DNA from: an uncultured Chloroflexia bacterium
GTDB taxonomy: Bacteria > Chloroflexota > Limnocylindria > Limnocylindrales > CSP1-4
Length of the DNA stretch: 64,000 nucleotides
Assembly: GCA_963801745.1 (NCBI GenBank)
Contig: CAWDFY010000002.1
Span: 294,931 to 358,930, forward strand
Reading direction: 5' to 3'
The translations under genes and the position numbers were made by a program. This document shows positions 55,627 to 64,000 of this stretch, one piece after another. Every line of letters starts with the position of its first letter. Position 1 is the stretch's first letter. The notes beneath the pieces are model-generated. The model was given only the letters and a program-made list of their open reading frames with translations, was not told the origin of the DNA and ran no database searches.

Positions 55627-56259
55627 TCAGAGGCGGATCAGGCCCATCAGCGGCTCGCCGGTCGACTGGCGGAAGGTGCTCCGCGATAGGGTCAGCGACA
55701 CGTCGTCGCGGTCCGGATGGTTCGGGTCGTAGAGGCGGAGGGTGGTCGAGCGCGACGCGGTGTCGACGTCGTAGCCGAACGCCAGGACCGTGTGGTCCTT
55801 GGGCAGGTGGAACGGGTTGATGCCGTGGTGCCGGATCAGGCCGACCAGCGCCAATCGGCCACCGTCGATCGAGGATCGGATCTGGGGCAGCTCGACGTCG
55901 AGGGTCCGGCGCTGGAGCCGTTCCGGTGACGACGACGCCGCCAGCCAGAACCGCAGCGGGCCGCGCATCCAGTCGAGCGACAGGACCTGGCGGCGGACGA
56001 TCGACCGGAACAGCGGGGAACCGTTGTCGGGTGCGGTCGTCGTCGACGGGATCGGCAAGCCCGCCTCGAAGCGCTCGCGCACGAACCAGCTCATCCCGCC
56101 GCACAGGCCGGCGTCGGCGTCACCGACACCGACCACGCGTGGGTCGATGAACCCGAGCCGGACCGTCGGGCCGGGCGCGAACCGGTTCGCGAAATGCAGC
56201 CCGTTGCTCGACGGGAGGAAGCCTCGGACGGCGTTCGACACGGGCATCTCGTCGCGCAT
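55627..56259 (-). CDS. Hypothetical protein with papain-like Cys-His-Asp signature
   Basis: GLCGGMS, DHTVLAFGY, LYDPNHP. Confidence 0.65.
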   Translation of the reverse strand: MRDEMPVSNAVRGFLPSSNGLHFANRFAPGPTVRLGFIDPRVVGVGDADAGLCGGMSWFVRERFEAGLPIPSTTTAPDNGSPLFRSIVRRQVLSLDWMRGPLRFWLAASSSPERLQRRTLDVELPQIRSSIDGGRLALVGLIRHHGINPFHLPKDHTVLAFGYDVDTASRSTTLRLYDPNHPDRDDVSLTLSRSTFRQSTGEPLMGLIRL

Positions 56260-56280
56260 CGTACGGCGAGAGCGCCGGTG

Positions 56281-58082
56281 TCAGGGGCGGCTGGGCGCTG
56301 CCTCCGGGGCCGCACTCGCCTGCGGCGGACGGCGCCGCGCTCGACTCGGCGGACGGCTGCCGGCGTGGCCGCGGGCGCCTCGGCGACATGGACCCGGACG
56401 ACCGTCGGTTCGACGCCCTGTGCCGCGAGCGAGCCGATCTCCGGCGTGAGGATGTCGACGAGCAGCAGGTAGTCGCCGGGCGTGGTCGGGGCGTACATCA
56501 CGAGCTCGGCCCGGATGACGTCGCGCGGCGCGAAGCCCGCCGGCAGCTCGGTCGGCGTGACCGCCGCGGCCGCGGCGGCTTCGACCTGGGCGGGATCGTC
56601 GACGCCACCGAGCGGCACCCACGTCCCGACGATCCGTGCGTGGGTCGCCTGGGCGATCGTGCTCGGGTTGCGGGCGTTGTCGACGGTCCGCTCGCCGGGG
56701 ATCGCCGCGTGGCCCCAGTCGCCGCGGCCGAGGTTCGTCACCCAGACCGACAGCTTGTGCGTGTCGCCGGGCGCCAGGTCGACCGACGCGGGCGCCACGA
56801 CGCCGGCGTCGTGCGGACCGGTCAGCCGGACGATGAGCGACCGGACCATCGCCTGGCTGACGTCGTCGAACGCCACGCCGTCCTTGTCGTGCAGCGTGAC
56901 GGACAGCCGGTAGCGACCGGGCGCAGCCGGGGCGGTGACCTTGATCGACAGGTACTTCTTCGACACCTCGAGCCCGACCGGGGCGACGACGTCGCCGACG
57001 CGTTCCGCCATCACGAGCCCGAAGTCGGGCTGGGCCTCGGGATCGGCAGGTGCCGCGATCCGGGTCGAGCGGGTCCCAGCGCACGCTGGCCTGCAGGTCG
57101 TCGGGCAGCTGGTCGCGGTCCGCGATCGCGTACGGGATGCGGTACCACAGCGGCCGGCCGGCGGCGTTCCGCGGGAGCCGCGGCGTCTTGATCGCCAGCC
57201 CGGTCCCGGCCAGGCTCGGGACGAGCTCGGCCGGGTCGACGCGCGACACGGCGCTGCGGCTCGCGCTGCCGCGCGCGTTGCGCAGGACGTCGGTCGCGGC
57301 CAGCCCGCGCTTGAGGACGATCGAGCGATGGAAGCCGGAGTCGCCGTTCTCGGGGTCCATCTCGGCGACGTAGCCCGTCGCTTCGGAGGCTCTCGAAGGC
57401 GAAGCTGTTGCCGTTCGCGGTCGGCGCCTTGCGCCACGCCGTTTCGATGCGCGACCGACCGCCGAGCACCGTCTCGCACCATGTGGTTCGGCGTCCCGTA
57501 CGCCTCGGCGACGACGGCCGCGGCACCCGCGGCGATGAAGCCGGCGGCGAAGTTGTCGACACGCTGCCTGGCGTCCTCGAGCGAGCCCTCGGGCAGACCG
57601 GGCTCGGTGTTGCCCGACGCGTAGCACAGGTGGTTGAGCAGGACGACCGCGTTCCGGGCGAGCTGGATGCTCTCGGCGATCTTCGCCTCCCCGAAGTACT
57701 GATGCGTGCCGTCGCCCCCGCCGGCCGACGGGTTCAGGCCGAAGCCGTTCTGGGTCGGCGGGTACAGCTCGTCGCGGTAGCGGCTCGGCCAGCCGTTGCC
57801 GTGGCCCATGTACACGACGAGGCTCGCGCCCTGGAGGGCCTGCTTGACGGCCGGCCAGGTGGCGTCGGGCGAGTAGATCTCGGTGACGTCGGGGGTGTAG
57901 CGCCGGGCCAGCTTGGCGGCCTCGCGGGCCTGGGCTCGGTAGCGGTCGGTGGCGGCGCCGGCGGGTCCGACGATCAGCACGACCTTGGCGACCCCGGTGG
58001 GCGGAGCCGCGGCGAGCGCCGCGGGCACAGCGATGCCCGACCCGAGCAGAGCGGCGAGGAGTCCGATGATCAGCCGTCTCAC
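56281..58082 (-). CDS. Secreted protein with putative clan-CD (gingipain/caspase-like) peptidase domain and C-terminal Ig-like region (frameshifts)
   Basis: Signal peptide; VVYMGHGNG and LLNHLCYASG. Confidence 0.62.
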
Positions 58083-58287
58083 GACGGCGCGTTCTCCACC
58101 ACGGGCAGCCCCCACTGACCGGCGGTCACTCCATCAACGCGCCTGGCCGGAATGAGCCTAGACGTGCGGAGCGACCTACACCATATCTCAAGGGCGTTAT
58201 CTGCGGCGTATCCGTTCGATATCTGTGAGTTGCGGTGCCGATACGCACCACCGAGGGACGCCACGGCGTCGGGCGTACCATCGGACC

Positions 58288-60324
58288 ATGCCCAACCTCC
58301 TCGCGGGCGAGACCAGCCCGTACCTGCTCCAGCACGCGTCGAACCCGGTCGACTGGATGCCATGGGGAGGTGACGCGCTGGCGCGCGCGGCGTTACTCGA
58401 CCGCCCGATCTTCCTGTCGATCGGCTACGCCGCCTGCCATTGGTGCCACGTCATGGAGCGCGAGTCGTTCGAGGACGAGGCGACGGCACGGCTGCTCAAC
58501 GATCGGTTCGTGGCGATCAAGGTCGACCGCGAGGAGCGGCCCGACCTGGACTCGATCTACATGGGCGCGGTCCAGGCGATGACCGGCAGCGGCGGCTGGC
58601 CGATGTCGGTGTTCCTGACGCCCGGCGGCCACCCGTTCTACGGCGGGACGTACTTCCCGGACGAGCCGCGCCACGGGATGCCCTCGTTCCGGCAGGTCCT
58701 CGAGGGGGTGTCGGAGGCGTGGCGGACCCAGCGCGGTGAGGTCACGGCGGCCGGGCAGCGACTGGTCTCGGCGCTCGTCGAGCAGCAGCGGGCGGCGGCG
58801 CCGGGTGGCGAGGTCGTGATCGACGCCGGGTTCTTCCAGGGCGTGAACGCGGCGCTGGATGCCTCGTTCGACACCCGCAACGGGTCGTGGGGCGGGCCCC
58901 CGAAGTTCCCGCAGCCGATGACCCTCGAGTACCTGCTCCGACGGATGGCGGCCGGGGATCGTGCGCCCGAGTCGATGGTGCGCTTCACGCTCGACCGGAT
59001 GGCCGACGGTGGCATCCGCGACCAGCTCGGCGGCGGCTTCCATCGGTACGCCACCGATGCCCACTGGCTCGTCCCGCACTTCGAGCAGATGCTCTACGAC
59101 AACGCCCAGCTCGCGCGCACGTACCTCCATGCCGCGGCCGTGGTCGACGGCGAGACCGGCGAGCGGTATCGGGACGTCGCCGTCGGCGTGCTCGACTACA
59201 TGCTCCGCGAGCTGCGCCGCGACGATGGCGCGTTCGCCGCGAGCCAGGACGCCGACACCGAGGGCATCGAGGGGCTCACCTTCACGTGGCGCGCGCCGGA
59301 GATCCGCGAGGCGCTCGGGGCGGAGGACGCGACGGCGTTCGCCACGGCGTACGGCGTCACCGAGGAGGGCAACTGGGAGGACGTCACGATCCTGTCGCGG
59401 CTCGGGCCGCGCGGTGACGCGGCGGCCGAGGCGGCGCTGGCCGCGTCGCGGGCGACGCTGCTGGAGCGGCGGTCGGGCCGCGCCCAGCCGGCCCGCGACG
59501 ACAAGGCGCTGGCAGCCTGGAACGGGCTGGCCATCGCGGCGTTCGCGGAGGCCGGTCGACTGCTCGGGGAGGAGCGGTACACGGCCGCGGCCGTGGCCGC
59601 CGCCAACGCGATCGTGGGTGGGCTGCTCGGTGACGACGGTTCGCTTCGGCGGTCGTGGAAGGACGGCCGGGCGGTCGGAGCGGGCGTTCTCGAGGACTAC
59701 AGCCACCTCGCCGAGGGCCTCCTCGCGCTGTACGAGACGACCTTCGATGAGCGTTGGTTCACGCTCGCCCGGGGCCTCGCCGACGCGATCCTCGACCGTT
59801 TCGCCGACCCGGCCGGTGGCTTCTTCGACACGGCGTCCGACCACGAGCGGCTCATCACCCGGCCCAAGGACCCGCAGGACAACGCGGTGCCCTCGGGTGG
59901 CGCGATGGCGACGACGGTCCTGCTGCGGCTGGCGGCGTTCACCGGTGAAGGCCGCTACCGGGACGCGGCGGAACGGGCGATCGGCACGGTCGCGCCATAC
60001 CTGGCCCGCTATCCGACCGGGTTCGCCCAGTGGCTCGTGGCGGCGGCGTTCGCGGCGGGCGATGCGGTCGAGGTCGCGGTGGCCGGCGATCCGGCCGTAC
60101 CCGCGACCCGGGCGCTGCTCGAACCGGTCTGGTCGGCGTGGCGGCCGTTCCAGGTGTTGGCGGCCGCTGCCCCCGATGTCGCCGGCGCATCCGAGATCGC
60201 GCTGCTGCACGACCGTCCGATGATCGATGAGCGGCCGACCGCCTACGTCTGTCGCGACTTCGTGTGCGCGCTGCCGGTCACGACCGCCGAACGCCTGATC
60301 GAGCAGCTAACCGTCACGCCGTAG
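58288..60324 (+). CDS. YyaL/SSP411-family thioredoxin + (alpha/alpha)6 barrel protein
   Basis: NLLAGETSPYLLQHA, ACHWCHVMERESF, KVDREERPD, PHFEQMLYDN, RDDKAL. Confidence 0.92.
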   Translation: MPNLLAGETSPYLLQHASNPVDWMPWGGDALARAALLDRPIFLSIGYAACHWCHVMERESFEDEATARLLNDRFVAIKVDREERPDLDSIYMGAVQAMTGSGGWPMSVFLTPGGHPFYGGTYFPDEPRHGMPSFRQVLEGVSEAWRTQRGEVTAAGQRLVSALVEQQRAAAPGGEVVIDAGFFQGVNAALDASFDTRNGSWGGPPKFPQPMTLEYLLRRMAAGDRAPESMVRFTLDRMADGGIRDQLGGGFHRYATDAHWLVPHFEQMLYDNAQLARTYLHAAAVVDGETGERYRDVAVGVLDYMLRELRRDDGAFAASQDADTEGIEGLTFTWRAPEIREALGAEDATAFATAYGVTEEGNWEDVTILSRLGPRGDAAAEAALAASRATLLERRSGRAQPARDDKALAAWNGLAIAAFAEAGRLLGEERYTAAAVAAANAIVGGLLGDDGSLRRSWKDGRAVGAGVLEDYSHLAEGLLALYETTFDERWFTLARGLADAILDRFADPAGGFFDTASDHERLITRPKDPQDNAVPSGGAMATTVLLRLAAFTGEGRYRDAAERAIGTVAPYLARYPTGFAQWLVAAAFAAGDAVEVAVAGDPAVPATRALLEPVWSAWRPFQVLAAAAPDVAGASEIALLHDRPMIDERPTAYVCRDFVCALPVTTAERLIEQLTVTP

Positions 60325-60369
60325 GCGTCGCTCGCCGAATCGAAGCCCCGGGGACTCGATCGCCCCCCG

Positions 60370-60510
60370 ACGATGCGACGATTTCGTCGCTTTCCGGGTC
60401 GAGACGCGCGCGTCCGTGCAGGCGGCCTGTCGATCCCGCTCGTGCTGGCCCGAATTCGTGCACGGATGACCCCGGCTCGACGCCGAATCCGCCGATTTCG
60501 TCGCAATCGT
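60370..60510. repeat. REP-like intergenic palindromic repeats
   Basis: CGATTTCGTCGC at 60379 and 60493; GCGACGA-TT-TCGTCGC hairpin 60375-60390. Confidence 0.4.
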
Positions 60511-60544
60511 GTTGGGTATGTCCGCCGGAGGGCGCCCTCGTACG

Positions 60545-61801
60545 ATGGCTGACGTGCCCACTCCGCAACCGGCCGCGACCGTCGTGCTGCTCCGGGACGG
60601 CCCGGACGGGCTCGAGGCGCTGCTGACCCACCGGCCGGCATCGATGGCGTTCGCTCCCGACGTGCATGTCTTTCCGGGCGGCCGCGTCGATGGGTCCGAC
60701 ACCGATCCAAGGCTGCTGGTGCGCTGCACCACGACCGCCCGGGACGCGGCCGTGGCGCTCGGTGGTGACCTGCCACCGGACGAGGCGCTCGCGGCCCACG
60801 TCGCCGCCATCCGCGAGGCCTTCGAGGAGGTCGGCATCCTGCTCGCGGACCACGCGCGCGGGATCGACCTGGTCGGGGCGCGCGACCGGCTGCTGGCCTC
60901 GCCCGACGCGTTCGCGTCGATCGCCGACGAGCTGGACCTGACCCTGCGCACCGATCTCCTCGTGCCGTTGTCGCGCTGGGTCACGCCACCGATCCTCGAG
61001 CGCAGGTTCGACGCGCGCTTCTTCGCGGCGATGACGCCCGACGGCGCAGAGGCGTCGCTGGTCGGGACCGAGGTGACGGCACACGCCTGGCATCGACCGC
61101 TCGCAGCCCTCGAGTCGATGGCTCGCGGCGAGCTCGGCATGTGGCTGCCGACGTCGACGACGCTCGCGCAGCTCCTGCACGTCACGTCGATCGACGAGAT
61201 CCGGACGCGGCTGGCCCCGGGTCGACTCGGGGAGATCGTGGTCGAAGCCGTCGCCGACGAGATCGTGCGAATCGAGATGCCGGCCGGCGGCGGCGTCGCC
61301 GGCCAGCCGATCGAGTCGTTCCTGGTCGGGCGCGAGCGGTGCGTGCAGATCGACCCGGGTGACCCGACCGGTCCCGGGCTCGACCGGGCGGTCGACGAGG
61401 CGCGGACCCGCGGCGGACGGATCGTGGCGGTCGCCCTGACCCACGCCGACCCGGACCACGCTGCGGGGGCCGAGTCGCTCCGCGAGCAGCTCGGCGTCGA
61501 GGTGCTGGTCGGTTCGGGCGGCGGCCGGCACCTGCCATACCCGGTCGTCGAGGTCGGGGACGGGGCAGCGATCCCGGCGGTCGACGTTCCGATCCGGGTC
61601 GTGGCCACGCCAGGCCCGACGCCGGACCACCTGGCGTTCGTGGTCGGGGAGGGGCAGTTCGTCGTCACGGGTGATCTCAACGGTGTGCGCGGGGCTCGCT
61701 CGATCCCGGGTCCGGTCGACGAGGCGGCGCGCCAGGCATCGATCGAGCGGCTGCGGGCCGTCGCGCCAGACGCCCGGTGGCTCGGTGGACACCCTCGCTA
61801 G
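60545..61801 (+). CDS. Nudix hydrolase fused to metallo-beta-lactamase-fold domain
   Basis: VFPGGRVD, REAFEEVG, RRFDARFF; THADPDH, TPGPTPDH, GD. Confidence 0.82.
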   Translation: MADVPTPQPAATVVLLRDGPDGLEALLTHRPASMAFAPDVHVFPGGRVDGSDTDPRLLVRCTTTARDAAVALGGDLPPDEALAAHVAAIREAFEEVGILLADHARGIDLVGARDRLLASPDAFASIADELDLTLRTDLLVPLSRWVTPPILERRFDARFFAAMTPDGAEASLVGTEVTAHAWHRPLAALESMARGELGMWLPTSTTLAQLLHVTSIDEIRTRLAPGRLGEIVVEAVADEIVRIEMPAGGGVAGQPIESFLVGRERCVQIDPGDPTGPGLDRAVDEARTRGGRIVAVALTHADPDHAAGAESLREQLGVEVLVGSGGGRHLPYPVVEVGDGAAIPAVDVPIRVVATPGPTPDHLAFVVGEGQFVVTGDLNGVRGARSIPGPVDEAARQASIERLRAVAPDARWLGGHPR

Positions 61802-61811
61802 ACTTGCGCGC

Positions 61812-62877
61812 GTGAACGACCGCCTCACCGAGTCACAGCCGATCCCAGAGGCCCGTCCGCCACATCTGCCGGACGTCTTGACCCGGGTCGCGCCCGGGTT
61901 CTACGCGTTCCTGCTCGTCGCGCTCATCACCGGCTGGTCCGACATCCGCCGCTGGCTCGGCGACTTCCCGATCTTCGATCCGGCCAACCTGTGGCTCCTC
62001 GTGGCGACGCTCGTGCCATCGGTGGTCGCGCCGCTGCTCGGTGCGGTGCTGTTCCTGCGGCATCCGCGGGCGCACCGGACGATGCCATTGCTGGTCTTCG
62101 GCCTCGCACTCCTGACCGCGAGCGAACTGCTCCAGGCGTTCGAGCAGCCGATCCGGACGTTCCTGCTCTCGCTCTCGTCGCCGGAGGAGGTGACATCGCC
62201 GGCCGATGTCGCGTTCCTGGTCTTCTCGTCCTTGCTGGCGCTGTTCGCGATCCTCTATGTGGGAGCCGGGATGGCCGCGACGCGTCGGCGGGCACGGTCC
62301 CCGGCGGAGCGTCCGCTCCTGATCTGGGTCGTGGCGCTGTCGATCGTCGGTCAGATCCTCGCGCTCGCGAGCCTCACGCAGATGGAGTTCGATCGCGACA
62401 CCAGTGATCCTGGTCCAGCTCGCGATCGGCAGCATCCTCAGCTTGTTGGCGACACTCGCTTGGGCCTACCTGCTGATCACGTTGGTCGGCGGCTGGCTCT
62501 CGGGTGAGGCGCCACGCCGTGCGTGGAGGATCGGTGCCGTCGCGGTGGCCGCGCTGTACGCGGCTCCCTTGCTCGGTGGCGCCCTGCTGATCGTCGCGCC
62601 GCCTGGTGCCTCACAGGTCCTGGTGGCGGTCACGACCGTCGCGTGGGTCCTGCTCCTGGTGGCGTTCCTGCTTGGGCTGCCCGTCGCCTACGGACGATCC
62701 ACCGGCAGCGACACCGACAGGTTCCGCAGCAGGTTGAGACCCTCGTCGACCTGCTCGGTCGACGCGTACGGACCCGGCATCAAGAAGCACGGCCGACCAG
62801 CGAGCGCCACGCCCTCGATCCGACCCCACGGCTCGGCAAGGGGCCGGCCGGCGGCGATCTGTGCCGCGCGCTTGTAG
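61812..62877 (+). CDS. Multi-pass membrane protein (frameshift near 62400; true end probably near 62690)
   Basis: Hydrophobic helices in ORFs 61671..62507 and 62404..62877. Confidence 0.6.
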
Positions 62878-63290
62878 ATGAACACCACCGCGCCGGGGCG
62901 CCACAGCGCGATCTTCTGCCACAGCGGGCCGACACCGTGGCGCAGCTCCTCGTCGCTCGCCTCGTCGCGCGCCGACGGTCGCTTGATCATGTCGGTGATG
63001 CCATGGCCGGCCGCGACCAGCGCGTCGTCCGCCAGGTTGAGGTCGGTCCCTGCCGGGATGATGCCGATCTCCCTCAGGCGGCCCCAGAACCGATGACCGA
63101 GGCGGCCCTGGTGATAGTGACCGGCCTCGACGCTGACCGGCGACGGGTTGAGCCCGACGAACAGCAGCCCATCGCGCGTCGGCGGCAGGTCGGCGAGCGT
63201 ATCGGTCGCGATGCCGTCGACCTCGATGGTCGTCCGATGCGAACCCGGCTCCGGTCGCCGGGTGAGGGCGTCGAGCTCGTCGGGCGTCAC
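62688..63290 (-). CDS. mug: Mismatch-specific uracil/thymine DNA glycosylase (MUG/TDG family)
   Basis: LFVGLNPS, GHY, RFW, GITDMIKRPS, MPGP. Confidence 0.78.
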   Translation of the reverse strand: MTPDELDALTRRPEPGSHRTTIEVDGIATDTLADLPPTRDGLLFVGLNPSPVSVEAGHYHQGRLGHRFWGRLREIGIIPAGTDLNLADDALVAAGHGITDMIKRPSARDEASDEELRHGVGPLWQKIALWRPGAVVFIYKRAAQIAAGRPLAEPWGRIEGVALAGRPCFLMPGPYASTEQVDEGLNLLRNLSVSLPVDRP

Positions 63291-63532
63291 GCGCTCGGTG
63301 GGGGGCGGTCGGACGGGTCGGTCGGGGTCGAGTCCGGCGCCGTCGGGTCTGATGTCGTCTCTGACTCGTCGGACGTGCGGTTCTGGATGTCGGCCTGCAC
63401 CTTCGATGCCTCGTCGCGCGCCTCGCGTACGCCGCGCCCGAGCGCGTTGCCGAGCTTGGGGAGCGTCTTCGGGCCGCGCCACAGCAGCACGAGGACGAGG
63501 ACGATGATGAGGACGATGCCGAGGTCCTGCAT
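63287..63532 (-). CDS. tatA: TatA/E translocase subunit
   Basis: TM helix then GPKTLPKLGNALGRGVREAR, acidic tail. Confidence 0.85.
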   Translation of the reverse strand: MQDLGIVLIIVLVLVLLWRGPKTLPKLGNALGRGVREARDEASKVQADIQNRTSDESETTSDPTAPDSTPTDPSDRPPPSA

Positions 63533-63569
63533 GCGGGGATGGTAGCGCGGCCGTCGGTGCGAGCGGAGG

Positions 63570-63980
63570 TCAGGCGGTCGGGCGGAGGGCGCGTGGGATC
63601 ACCAGCCGGAGCGCCGTGTGCGTCACGGAGAACGACGCGACCTTGTTGTCGACCAGACCGGCCGACTTCGCGGCGTGGAGCAGTTGCTCGTATCGGAGCG
63701 TCGCGGCCATGCCCTTGCGTGACACGACCCAGATGGCGCCGTTGGGGCGGATGCGTGCGACGAGGCCGGACAACGGGGCAAGCTCGTCGGGCGTGTCGGC
63801 GCCGAGCAGCACGACGTCGGTGTCGGCCTCGGGCCAGCCCTCGGTCAGGTCGGTCGTTCGTTCGCGGATGCGCTCGCGGAACTCGTCGTTGACCTCGTCC
63901 GGGACCTCGATGATGGCCACGCGCATGCCCGGCCTGATGCCCAGCTTGTCGATGAGCGGCGTGGTGTAGACGCGTTCCAT
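63570..63980 (-). CDS. DUF3052-family protein
   Basis: PLIDKLGIRPG, GAIWVVSRKG, GLVDNKVASFS. Confidence 0.8.
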   Translation of the reverse strand: MERVYTTPLIDKLGIRPGMRVAIIEVPDEVNDEFRERIRERTTDLTEGWPEADTDVVLLGADTPDELAPLSGLVARIRPNGAIWVVSRKGMAATLRYEQLLHAAKSAGLVDNKVASFSVTHTALRLVIPRALRPTA

Positions 63981-64000
63981 CGGCGGGTATCGTGCCACGC

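Noticed and set aside
32829-58162. TCTAGG upstream of three secreted-protein genes (32829-32834 minus, 34228-34233 plus, 58157-58162 minus) as a dedicated regulon motif
   Set aside because: Only 6 bp, variable distance to the start, and compatible with ordinary TAGnnT -10 variants

Overview
A very GC-rich (about 70%+ by eye) bacterial chromosomal segment. Gene style suggests a soil/freshwater Chloroflexota such as Limnocylindria (inference). Many ordinary genes carry single-base frameshifts, most likely uncorrected long-read indels, so many ORF-track entries are fragments or GC shadow frames; I rebuilt genes across these shifts by hand. Left to right: FAD-linked oxidase; DUF4331 + TPR pair; a lower-GC membrane-protein insert; SorC regulator, FGGY kinase, NMT1/THI5-type ABC transporter and FAD oxidoreductase; a large purine-catabolic region (guanine deaminase, xanthine dehydrogenase, OHCU decarboxylase, uricase, malate synthase, dihydropyrimidinase-like amidohydrolase, DUF3830, HIU hydrolase) interrupted by a PadR module and an inverted-repeat-flanked HTH gene; two S8 proteases around a coiled-coil PD-(D/E)xK protein; ku and ligD separated by an HTH-nuclease gene; Eis-like acetyltransferase; a lower-GC island encoding a stand-alone SRA-type domain coupled to a nuclease-DUF2075 helicase (best candidate for an undescribed modification-dependent defence system); a GntR-regulated kinase / G1P-dehydrogenase / HAD / TIM-barrel / PotD-B-C operon; two putative cysteine peptidases; YyaL; Nudix-MBL; mug; tatA; DUF3052. 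No CRISPR array, rRNA, tRNA, integrase or transposase was seen. All family assignments come from motif recognition, not database searches.
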